A stretch of DNA of 64,000 bases from Blasia pusilla (taxonomy: Eukaryota), in contig CM114271.1 in assembly GCA_050084515.1 (NCBI GenBank), positions 8,184,001 to 8,248,000 of the forward strand, read 5' to 3'. Made by a program: the position numbers and the translations under genes. The notes under the pieces were generated by a model. The model had not been told where the DNA came from and searched no databases. It was given only the letters and a program-made list of their open reading frames with translations. Shown piece by piece: positions 1-11,133 of the stretch (positions within the stretch are counted from its first letter, which is position 1; every line of letters starts with the position of its first letter).

Positions 1-129
1 ACCGTCTCGCTCTCGTTCCCTCCTATCGACTCGCGATGTGTCGCCGCGTGAAGTGCCCCTTCGTATCTGATCAGCTGCTGCGCGGGAGAGTGAGGAGTGA
101 GGAATGAAGATCACGAAATGAGAAACCGG

Positions 130-225
130 AAATGAGCGATTTCTGCCCTATTTATACTTTTCTAGCCGTTGGGCTGACCGTTGGGTCCCGTCGTCCTTTT
201 GACGGCGACGTGCCGGATGTTACGG
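130..225 (-). promoter_or_regulatory. TATA-box region (TATAAATA on - strand, ~149-156) of the accessory gene of copy 1, which would lie left of the window
   Basis: AAATGAGCGATTTCTGCCCTATTTATACTTTTCTAGCCGTTG is homologous to 10408-10450, which lies ~350 bp upstream of the accessory-gene ATG. Confidence 0.5.
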
Positions 226-245
226 AAGTCCGAATGTGAAAAATC

Positions 246-962
246 GCAACCCGTTGGAGTCCAACAAGTTGCGCGGCTCCGCCATCTTGTGTCCGTCGCC
301 ACGTGCGCGAGCAACCCGTCGGAGACCGACGGGTTGAGCGGCTCCGTCGTCTTCGGAAAAGAACGCGAGGTTCCCGCGCAACCCGTCGGAGACCGACATG
401 TTGCGCGCCTCCGCCATCCTGGGTACGTCGCCACGTGCGCAAGCAACCCGTCAGAGACCGACAGGTTGAGTGCCTCCGTCGTCTTCGGAAAACAACGCGA
501 GGTACCCGCGCAACCTGTCGGAGCCCGACATGTTGCGCGCCTCCGCCGTGTTTGGGACGGGAACTGGACGTTTCTTGGGCAATCCGTCGGAGACCGTTGG
601 GTTGCACGCTTCCCTCATCGAGGGTTAGGAACGAGGGCTTCCCGTGCAAGTCGTCGGAGTCTGGCTGGCTGCACCACAAGGCGAGTCCCTTGCGCAACCC
701 GTTAGAGGGCAACGGGTTGCACGCCTCGCCTCTTTGGGCTAAAAGGCGACGCACCCGCGGAACTCGAAGAGAACAGACGGTTTGCACGCCTCCGGCATCT
801 TCGGGCAAGAAGGATCGGTATCCAAGCAACTCGTCGGAGAGCGACGGGTTGCTCACTTTGACAATGTTTAGCAGAAGCCTGCAACCCGTCCGATGCCGAC
901 TGGTTGCAGGCTTCGGTTAGCTTCGGGTAATTTCGGAGTTACCACGACTCCGACGGGTTCCA
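246..962. repeat. Array of ~12 palindromes GCAACCCGTCGG-NNN-CCGACGGGTTGC at ~65-67 bp spacing (132-bp higher-order repeat at the left)
   Basis: Copies start at about 246, 311, 378, 443, 510, 579, 646, 694, 826 and 881, plus degenerate copies. Confidence 0.9.
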
Positions 963-1183
963 AGTGTGATGCGCAACCCTCTGCTTCCCAAATCCGGTAA
1001 CATATTGCAACAGAATTGAATGTGTTACGGTGGATCCATTGTGTCGACAATGTCACCCACCGAATTCATCTTGTCGGTAAAAAAATGTCAGAGTATCTGT
1101 TTCCTATTCACTATAAATTAAATATTCTCATTCTCATTCTCATTCTCGTCTCCTCCCGTTGGAATCTTCTTGAATGGATAATT

Positions 1184-4100
1184 ATGTTAAGCTCACTTGT
1201 GGCGGTCATCCGTGCCCTTCCTCAATCGGAAATCATTCGACCCCAAGCTCGTGAGTCTTTCATAGTAGTGGATGAAAATTTTCTGTCTGTTCGATTTCTT
1301 CTTCAAATTGGAACCATCTTTGTATCCAAAGATGTTAGGGTGGACGGTACGGAAGACATAATAGGTGAGATGGCCCAGCCAGTGACCTCAGACCGTAAAG
1401 TATGGAATCTCCTACCTCTACCAAATGGTCAATACAGAGTTTACGGCCTGCCCCTGAATTCGTCTGTTTCCCAAGTAGACGGTCTAGAATTTCCTAGTGC
1501 TCCAAGCTCTACGTTTGCAACTCCAAGCTCTGCAGATCCGGCTTCGACTCCAACTTTGCACGCTCGTGACAATGTTGTTTTTCCAGAAGAGATTCCGGAT
1601 GTTATCAACCTCAGTGGATCTGTCAGGCACCAATCGAGCCCTCTGTCCGCCTACTCTTTCCTCTTGCGAGTATCAGGCAATAGTTTGCTTTCGTCTCTGC
1701 CCTTGAAAATGTTCAAGCACATTCTTGTTGACGAGCTGCCGCCCACGTACGATGGTAATTGCATTTTTGAGTTGCCTCCACTTGCTGCTCATGCTCAAAA
1801 GAAGGATGGAGGATGCCTGAAGGGTATGGACAAAAAGTCTGATTGTCATGGATGGTGCAGGCTTCAACGGACCAGTGCTTCCATCCCAGATGGTCCTTGG
1901 ATTGTCTCCCGCCGCCAATGCGTGGGAGCCTTGGAGTGTAGAAGTCCAGCATGCCCGTATCTAGAGCGCAACGGGCGAGTCAATACGTCGCAATTCCCCC
2001 CCAAGAATGCAGAAACTCCATACGAGGTGGGTGCCACAATACCACCGGGAGGCCATCGATGTCCTCATTGTCGCATCGCCTTACGCATTGGAGCGTGTCC
2101 TGCATACATATTTTTCATTGTCCATGACTTGGGCTCCACGCCGAGTATACAAGGTGGCGGTTCATGTTGGCTCGACACTCATCCTGTGACCGATGCAATT
2201 CAAAGACACATCAAGGAGGATGTGGCGAAGAAAGTAGCCGAGGTCTTGAAACTCTCCGGGTTCAAAGCCGGGGTGATCAAGCTCACAACGGCATCACAAA
2301 TTTGTGAACAATTGCTTGGAATCCTTGGGCGAGGCGAGATCACGGCGGTTGAGGAGAAACAACTCGGGAAAATCTCGCATTTCTCGCTGATCCCGAATGC
2401 TTCCGAATTTCTTGCGTCCGATACAAGTTTTGGATGGAAAACGGCCGAAATGGATGCCATCGCGTAATCAAGGCCAACTCCAGATTTCCATTCATTCGAG
2501 ATGGCGTTCATGGGCCAAGGAGGCGAGGATCCAGGGCCTATGTCTTCAAAATGTCAACCACAGTCCCTCGAGTGGCCTCGATCTTATAGATCAAATGAGG
2601 GAAGGGGAAGATCTTTCGGGGTGGTCGGCTTTGATATTTGCTCTGAGTGCTAAGCGAATGGTTGACGATGGGTGCTCACGTTTATGACCATGTGGAGAAG
2701 GGACTCAAAACTATATTTGTGTGTGAAGTAAAGGCGTAAGACGTTGGCGGTTTGAAGATGTCTTTGGTTACTCTTATTGGAGGTGGTGAAGGAAAACAAA
2801 AGGCCACCTCCGGAAATTTATGGGTTCATGGCGGACAATGCACAACCAAGGTGGATTGCTATCCGGGAAGTGTTCTGGGGTGGAGAGGTTCAACCGGAGA
2901 GGGAAAGGTTGGATGCTTTCCATTGGCAACAGTCTGTGACCCGGTACACCAAATCTTGCATCAAGGAGAATAAGAGGACAGAGCATGTCACTCTACTCCA
3001 ACGCTGCAAGGACAGCAAAACCTTGAAGCAGGCCATGGACTGCCAGGAAGAACTTCATGGGTGGTGGAGGAAGCTTGCGATTGAGGGGAAGTACAAAGAG
3101 TTGTGCTCTTGGTAGAGTTGGTGGACTGTACATATGAGACAATGGGGAAACTTCATGCGGCAGGTGAGTTCACTATTTTGTCTTGTCAAGCTCACGCTGA
3201 GAATTGTTTGTAAAGTTGTAGCTCAGGGTGAGAAGCGTGGGAATTATATGGATTTCAAACCCAAGAAACCAAGCAAGTTGTCGGATGCGACGGGTTGCCC
3301 GAGTGTGCAACCCGACGGAAACCGACGGGTTTCCCGAGTGTGCAACTCGACGGAAACCGACGGGTTGCCCGAGTGTGCAACTCGACGGAAACCGACGGGT
3401 TGCATCCAGATGTTTGGTGTCGTCCCGAGTGTGCAACTCGTCGGGACCCAACGGGTCACAAAGTCGTTCATGGGATGCCTCGGCCTTGCAACCCGTCAGG
3501 TTCCGACGGGTTGCAGTAGGTGGGTTTAAGGTTACAACACGTCGGGACCCGACGGGTCGCAGAGTCGTTCATGGGATGCCTCGGGCCTGCAACCCCTCTG
3601 GTTCCGACACGTCGCTTATTTCTTTGACTCCTGGGTTATTTTCGTTCCCTTCTAACATTGCCGTCGTTGCAGGGATTGAACGTTCATGAAAATGCCCTCC
3701 CCCAACACAAGTGGAGCGAAAGTGTTCATTCCTCTTGAGGTCGTCACAAGCATGCCAACGAATTTCACTTGTGGAGGCATGCCAACAAGACCAGGCAAGA
3801 GCAATGCTCTGATCTGCGACATCCCATATCTTTCTCACAAAAGGCATAACAAAAGGAAAAGGGCCGTCGATCTACGAGCTCTATGTCGGGGATTTGTGAG
3901 ATCTCGGTGATGAAAAATTGTATGTCGAAGCCTTCAACCGGTGCGTAGTGGAACTCCACTCGAGCAAGACGTACACATAGGTGGGGATATTCGTGGGCGA
4001 GTTTCAAGATGTCCCATCTGAGATGGTGGTAGAGCGTCGAACGAGACTCGTGGAGACCAGATAAGTATCTTGACTTGAGCGGTGGTGAAGAGGAAAAGAT

Positions 4101-5160
4101 CGAGGAACGAATCTGGTGATTGGTTTGGATGAGGAAATTACACCGCCAGGTATTCGGGGACCCCGGACCCGTCCCAAATCCGTGATGGAGTTACTTCTCC
4201 AAAATCAGTGAATGTTTTATTTCAAAAGCCCTCTGTTGTTGGAAGTTCGCAACATCCTCCTTTGGGGTGGTTCAACAATATGGGATTCGGTAATGGAGGT
4301 GGATTGCAACCTAAAACGGTGGCATATATCTCGGAGCAACCAGGCGTGGACCCACTGCAGGCAGGCGGGATCGATGGCATTAGGAGAGCATGCGGCACTT
4401 TCCTAAATAAGAACTGTACAAGGATCGGGCGACCCACCGCACGGGTTTTAGGGACTCAAAACCTTTGATCGTTTCACGAGGACCGGGATCAATTGAAGTA
4501 CTTCTTCTGCCCAAATGAATCTTGCGCTTTCGGAAGTCTTATCCGGCTGCCATTGAGCTCCGGGAATACCCCACGATTTGGCCCATCGCCGCAGTAGCAC
4601 GAATCGCACTCAAAGACAAGTGGACAATCTTACAAGTGTCGGTTTCAGACTCGTAGAGCGGGGAAGTTCGGAGCATGTTCGCATTCTGAGAGACCTTCGC
4701 ATTTAAGTATTCAACCCAAGATTGATCTCAACATGTACCCGGAGAAGGTGGACGATCTCAATCCATTATTTTGTTTGAGTCTAGAAATTGGGTGAAGAGA
4801 AAGAATGTGTAGCCCAACGGTGGAGAGAGCAAACAATTGCGGCACTCGGGAGGCAAAAATGGAGATCATCGCCATGAAAGATGTCCTGAGTGGCAATGGA
4901 ATAGGAAGGATGTATTGGGTCAGGAACAACACTGTAAATTCAAGTGTCACAGGGGTGTATGTGGTGCACATCTGTTGCTTTCCCACATGTTCATGTGATG
5001 ACTTTGTCCAAAGAGAGACAAATGGCAAAAGGTATTTCCCTTGTAAGCACATGTACTATGTGTTGCTGGTAGTTTTAAGAGAGTCGGAGGTAGGAGTAGG
5101 AATCCACCAACCAATTCATCCCTCAAAGAAGTTCGAAGTATTTTAAACAAACCACTTTGA
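1184..5160 (+). pseudogene. MULE-family transposase with GCM/WRKY-like Zn domain, DDE core and SWIM finger; frameshifted; intron 3164-3672
   Basis: QCVGALECRSPAC...RCPHCRIALRIGACPA...HVGxHTHP (GCM-like). HVYD, YGFMADNAQ and ERLDAFHWQQS resemble the MULE core. CSCDDF...PCKHMYYV is a SWIM finger. Splice sites CAG|GTGAGT and TTGCAG|G. Ends at TGA 5158-5160. Confidence 0.8.
3270..3612. repeat. Palindrome array inside the transposase intron, including a 34-bp tandem repeat
   Basis: (CCCGAGTGTGCAACYCGACGGAAACCGACGGGTTG) x3 plus further degenerate palindromes, all between donor 3164 and acceptor 3672. Confidence 0.85.
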
Positions 5161-5746
5161 GGATGCAAAATGAGGTTTTAGATTGTACTTTTATTTTTTT
5201 CTCAACCTTCACTGTGAGCTTGAACTCTATTCAGCCTAGGGCAAATGATAGATTTTTTCCAGACCTTGGATGGAAAAAGTGATTGGTTCCACACTTATGA
5301 TTCCACTAATTTTTCAGTTTTGTAAATTTTGTGCAATTTGCAACTCGTCGGACTCACAGGGGTTGCCAAAATATGGAAGAGGAAAAAAAAACTATGGGAT
5401 TGTTTAATAAATGAACAAAAAAGTGCAAAAAAATTCACACAAAAAGTTTCCTCTCTTCAACCCAACGGAAACTCTCTTCAAAAAAAAGTATCTATTTCGG
5501 TTGAAGGTAGTTTCCTCTCTCCTCTCTCCTCTCTTCCTCTCCTCTTACCGCACCTCGGGCCCCCCCTAGGTACACCATAGCGGTCCCATGTGTGATGATT
5601 TGAGTCCCGACGCCTTCCTCGGCAGTAAATCTTGTATGCTCTGCAAGGTGACACCCATCCAGTATCAATATGTGCTCCGCCATTTGAAACCACTAAATCC
5701 CAACTTCGAAATGCTTCAATCAACTGAACCCGAGAAAACTTTGAAC

Positions 5747-8700
5747 TCACTCGTCATCGTCTGAGAGCTCTTCCAGAATTACTATCGGCTTCGCCCTCCC
5801 AATTTTCAAAATTCCAAGAAGTGACGATGGTATCACTACCAAGGGAGGCTTTGCAGTTGCAGCACTAGGATTTGGAGGCAAATTGTATACTCCCACCAAC
5901 CTCTCCTAATTCACCTTTGCCTCTTTGCAAAGGTCAAAAAAGTTCAGGCCTTCCCTCAAGGCAGAGAATGTTCCTGCCACTTTGCCAGGGGCCTCTAATA
6001 CTCGCCCTTGATAGGCCTACCAAGTCAAAGACCAAGTCGCCTAGCCTTGAGCAAAGCTCCATGAGCGTCTACATCAGGGCATGTGACTTTTCCCTTCCTC
6101 CAAGTAAGGGGGTCCCTTCATGCATGGAAATTCCTGGGGGGGATTTGTAAAGACTATCTAATGTGTACCCATCGGAGCATGGATCCGGGATGTGGAACAC
6201 CTAGAAGTTGTGCTACAGTCTCACAAAGCAGTAGACATATGAGTGGTCCATCTGTGAACAAGACACGTGCAAAACTTAGTCAACATAAACAAAAGGTAGA
6301 AGATTGATGGTTTGCTCTGTAGATAGTGAGCTCATCTTCGCTCCCTCCAGTCAGCACTAGGAAACACCACCTATCATTAAGATATGCGTCTGCGAAAGAA
6401 AACATAAGAGCAATCTGGTCATAGGAAAGTGGGACATTCTAGTCTGGGACAGCCCTCTTGCTTGAAGACTCGGTCTCTTGCCTTGAAGACTCGGCCTATC
6501 TTCTTGAGGACTCAGCCTCTAAATTCTTCGACCCCTTCGCCTTTGCTTTCAAACCTGCTGTGGATTTGTCCTTGGCAGTGACTACCTTGGCCACCAACTC
6601 AGTTGTCTCGATGGCTTACTCCTCCACATCTCCTTCGAAAAATTCGTCATGCTTCACGAAGTTTGGAATGTCGTCCCTACCAACGATGATTGCCTCATAC
6701 ACCACGCGTAGGTTTTTTTCTGTCATCTCCTCTGGGTTGTTGAAGTCTAATCAGATTGGAAAATTCTATACCTCACACTCATACATGTCATGCCCCATCT
6801 CCATGTCATAGATGGAGAATCCCTCTCCATCAAGAGGAGAAGCCCATAATTTGCAGGCAGCCAGAAATTTGTGCTAGGTACTTGCATTCACACAATAGAT
6901 GAGGTGCATATACACCATCCACTGGGAAGCTCTTTGGCGGGATGACTCGACCGCTTGCTCCTAGAGATCCCGCTTCTTCTTTGCAAAATCCCGTTTATGC
7001 GCGGCAATTTCTTTGTCTAGATCTGCCTGCGGGAGGATGTGATTCTTGAACATCCGGAAGCCGTGACTTTTTGTCGGCTTATCCCTGATGTCATCAAGCT
7101 ATAGTTCAAAATCTTTTGCAACCTCCAGGTTGGCCTCCTCTAGAACTCGCTCAATCTTTTTGAGCTCCGCTTGTAGACCCACGATCATCGGCTTCCTAAG
7201 AAGTCACAGTGCGTCCTAGAAGGACCATTCTTCAAGCCAACGGAAGATCATTGGGTCTGATACTCACGGAGGGTGGTGTGCCGCCCGTTTTTGCGCCTTG
7301 GTGCCCTCGAGACTGATTTTCAATAGTTACATCCACCTAGACTTAGATTCGCGGACAATGCAAACCTGTGCACGCGATCCATAGAGACCTTCTCTCCGAT
7401 TCGACCATGTGGGTCTTTGTCCCTCTTCCACTTGCGCTTGATTATCGCCGTCAGCTCCTTGTAGAACTTTGGTGCCAAGTTCAGGGTTAAGGATTGCAAT
7501 ATATCGCTGCATCTTGCTTGCAGTGTACTTTGAAGCTGTAGACACGGCAGCCTGAATTAATTTAGACCGTTCTGACGCCAAGACATTTTCCCTTCGCTCC
7601 AATTCCAATGTGGTGCTCTTCTTGGCTCCTGGATCTTGGACCATCATAGAATCATGACTGCTGCATCTTGAAAGATGAAGGTATTTGCCCAAGTCTTCTT
7701 CTTTATTTGAGTGCCCTTCGCAAGCATCTCATTGACCGGGTCCTCGCCCGAGAATCCCTTGTGCTCTGACGGGTGCGTCGTAAGCACCTTCTTGACTCTA
7801 TCACATTCCTAGATCCAGTGGTGGATGACGTTCCCCTCAGATACAATCTTGCAAATGAAATGAAGAATAATGATCCCCTGCAACCTGTCAATTTCCGTTT
7901 AATTGCACCAAAGAGTTATGTGCAGAGTGAGTGTAACCCGTCAAACTCCAATGGGTTGCACCACTCTCAAAAAATTGCAAAGATGCGCAACCTGTGAGAC
8001 TCCAATTGGTTGCAACAATCTCTTCGAGTTGCAAAAGTCCTTGAGGCCCAATGTAGGATGTGCCACTCGTCAACGTCCGACGAGTAGCACATCAATATCC
8101 ATCACCATGAAGTGATGCAGGGTCCGACTGCAAAATTCCTTCTGGGGTCAAGGAGACCCCAGAAGCATAATTTAACGCTAATTTTGAACCAAAAGAAATT
8201 TGATTGCAACCCGTCGGACACCAAAGGGTTGCGAAATGACTCCAATTTTGAGTGAGTTTTCTAGATGAAACCTGTGTTTAGCAACTCGTCGGAGTCCGAG
8301 GAGTTGCACAATGGTCTTGTTTGTAAGTCATTGGAGGCCTAAAAGCAACTCGTTGGACTCCAACGAGTTGCAAAAGGTGAAATAATCACCAAGTAGGAGG
8401 CACTTTTGGGAAAATGCAACCTGTTAGAGTCAGACGGGTTGCTTATAGGCCAAAAGTGCCAAAAAACTTGGCAAGTATTTTACCTTTTGCAACTCGTCGG
8501 AGTCCAACAGGTTACTTTTAGGGCTCCGATGACTTATAAACCCTACCATTGTGCAACCATTCGGACTCCGACGGATTTCAGAACACAAGTGTCATCCAAA
8601 AACCTCACTTGAAATCGGAGTCATTTCGTAACCCGTCGGAGTTCGACGGGTTGCAAGATGGTCAAGCAAAATCTTATGGAAGACCTAGTTTCAACCCGTT

Positions 8701-10082
8701 GGAGTCCGACAGGTTGCTGGACTGTACCCAAATTTCCCATGCAAGGTCAAAAAGGATTGTGGCTATCAACACCTATGATTCCTGCCAATCTACAATCTAA
8801 CATTTTTGCAACCCGTCGGACTCTGACAGGTTGAAGCAAGCAAAAATTATTTAGAGAGAAATATCAACTTACGTATTCATAGAATGCATTGCCATCTCCA
8901 CCATTGCCATGTGATGCGGAAATGGATGGAGGACGACTTTCCTCACGCAAAAATGCACCTCCAATGAATTCTGGCGCTCCTCTGCAAACTGTGACCATGC
9001 CATGAACCGGTGGTTCCCATCCCACATGAAGAAGTAGAGGTTCCACATCCAGCTATAGTGGGTTCCTTCAATAGCTCTTCTGAATTCCTCGTCTCTGATC
9101 CTCCAAAATGTGTCCAAGGCCTCCAAGTCTTCTTCCGTCACCAGAGCATGCGTTCCATGTTCACCATAAGGCTGAACATAGAACGGAGGGAAGCTCTCAA
9201 CGTAGGATACTGTCGCAACCAACTGCTTTGGCTTTGCGATGTCCTCGTCTGACTGAATTTTGTGGACGTAATCCATTTTCCGCATCAACAAAGTGGAATT
9301 CTTGGGGACTTGTGATAGTCCACCACTGCCATATGCTTAACAACTTGCCATAATGCCGAGAATGTCAATAAGCTACTTTTTCATATTTTTCTGATGAAGA
9401 AAGGAATTGAGAATGCGATTTCAGATATGCCATTGTCTACTTACCCGCTTGAAAATTGGGTCGGTGCGAGGCTAGGAAGCTACATTGGGACAACAGCTAG
9501 CAAGTCCACAAAAAATTCATCGATGCGATAGAAATCAATTTCTTCCACCGGGCTCAATGGTGATGATGACTCTTCTCCTGCTTCTTCAGAGATGTCCACC
9601 ATCTCCACACTTTCTTGCCTCATGACCTCCTTGTCCGTCTCCTAAACTTCTACGCTTTCCTCAGCCAATTTTAAGGTCATCGTGTCCCTAGACCTCATCG
9701 GGGACACATCCTCCATCTCAACGTTGTCCGTAGGATAGGCGGCGCTTTCTTCCATGGCGATTGATTTTTCCCTCCGCGCTTTTGTCAATTCTGCTCTCTT
9801 GATGGAGGTGTCGAGATGCTTCTTCTATCGCTTCTCATCCACAACTCTTTTCTTCAAGGCCTTAGATGCCTCGGCCTCCGCGTTCTACCTTGCGAGCTCC
9901 TCAAGAGCAAGCTTTGCCACAACCTCCTACTCGTGCATTTTTACTTCCCTCTCCCGGTCCTCTATCTCTTGTTGCCTAATTTTTGCTGCCAAGCGAGGGC
10001 CAAGAGATGGCGACGCAGGAGTCCTGATGGACTTGGGAATGACGCTCCCAACCTTTGTTGCTTGTATTTTCTTCCTTGTCAT
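5747..10082 (-). pseudogene. Transposon accessory gene: coiled-coil + ParB/Srx-like domain + beta-class N6/N4 DNA methyltransferase-like domain; many stops and frameshifts
   Basis: ATG 10082 (MTRKKIQ...), then a charged coiled-coil. GTAAGT donors at 9444 and 8872. The exon between them has YFFMWDGNHRFMAW. Near the 3' end: REKSHALM*TLMELCSRLGDLVFDLVGLSRASIRGPWQSGRNILCLE (~6095-5955). Ends PIVILEELSDDDE-TGA at 5747. Confidence 0.75.
7880..8835. repeat. Palindrome array inside the second intron of the accessory gene
   Basis: About 12 copies, e.g. GCAACTCGTCGGAGTCCGAGGAGTTGC at 8281 and GTAACCCGTCGGAGTTCGACGGGTTGC at 8628, all downstream of the - strand donor at 8872. Confidence 0.85.
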
Positions 10083-10407
10083 TATGCACATTGATTGATT
10101 CTTTTTCCTTGTCAATGTTATCTGCACGTGTGCACTCCTAAAACTTTACTCAAATCCAATCGACTCAACTGCCCAACTCTCAAAGCGTCGATCGACTACC
10201 AAAACCCAACTCTCAAAGCATCGTTTCTTGGAGCGTCATTACCTTCCAAAAAAGGGGCTTGCCTAAACCCAACACTCAAACCATTGTTAATTTCCAACGA
10301 AGGGGCTTCGAGTAACTGACGTGTTCAACAGACGCGAGGACCTCAACTCTCGGGAGGACTCATCGATGGAGGAAGAGCTCCAACTGAAATCGTGGAATGA
10401 AAAAGGA

Positions 10408-10505
10408 AAATGAGCAAAATCTGTGCCTTATATACTTTTTGAGCCGTTGAGCTAACCCTTGGTTCGTGGGAACCATTGTATCGACGGCGACGTCAACCAT
10501 TACGG
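10408..10505 (-). promoter_or_regulatory. TATA-box region (AAGTATATAAGG on - strand) of the accessory gene
   Basis: Conserved with 130-225; lies between the accessory ATG and the palindrome array. Confidence 0.5.
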
Positions 10506-10539
10506 TGCTTTGCACGTGGGACATCAAGGCGAGGTCCCC

Positions 10540-11105
10540 GTGCAACCCATCAAACTCCCACGGGTTGCAAGGAAGAAGCGGCCATCATGCAACTTAACAG
10601 AACTAGATAGGTTGCACGGGCAAGGGGTACCGACCGAGAACCCTGTGCAACCCAACCGACTCCGACAGTTTGCACCACGTGCAACTTGTAGAACTCTGAT
10701 GGGTTGCAAGGATGAAGGTGGCCAAGGGGTTGCAAGTTTTTGGATTTGTACGGGTCCCAATCATTGTCGGGACTTCCCGAGACCCCACGCAACCCTTTGC
10801 ACTCCGATGGGTTTGCAACATGTCGAACTCCAACGGGTTGCAAGTTGTCAGAGTCAGAGTTTGCAAGGGGACGGATTCCGGAAATTTGCAACTAATCGAA
10901 CTCTGTTGGGTTGCAACTTGGCAGAGTCGAACAATTTGCAAATTGTTAGATTCCAAAGATTTGCAACCAGAGGAATTTCGTGGGTTTGCAACCACTCAGA
11001 CTTTGATGGGTTGCAACTAGTCAGAGTACGACGATTAGCAACCATTCGGATTCTGAAAATTTGCAACCAGATGGCCAACCTGAGCCAATCCGAAAACTTT
11101 CAACA
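10540..11105. repeat. Degenerate palindrome array between the two divergent transposon genes
   Basis: About 15 copies of TGCAAC...GTTGCA, some overlapping head-to-tail at 23-bp period (~10887-11065). Confidence 0.85.
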
Positions 11106-11133
11106 ATTCAACGTAATCAATCCCAAGGGAAAG

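Larger units (their letters stand above)
1..5551 (+). mobile_element. MULE-like DNA transposon copy 1 (left part lies outside the window)
   Basis: Contains a palindrome array and a transposase. It is colinear with 10400-19746 once the nested insertions are removed. Shared sequence ends at ...CTCTCCTCTTACCGC (5551 and 19746). No TIR or TSD was recognised. Confidence 0.8.

Noticed and set aside
152-920. Long overlapping ORFs of 174-234 aa on both strands
   Set aside because: By-products of the GC-rich palindromic repeats. The same applies to ORFs at 3134-3689 and 10459-11151.
246-962. CRISPR array (palindromic ~28-bp repeats with ~38-bp spacers)
   Set aside because: The context is eukaryotic with no cas genes. 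Repeats are degenerate, spacers repeat alternately (132-bp period), and the motif also occurs in introns.
5478-5750. 90-aa - strand ORF as a continuation of the accessory gene
   Set aside because: The accessory reading frame terminates at TGA 5747-5749; this ORF is in another frame and has no recognisable motif.
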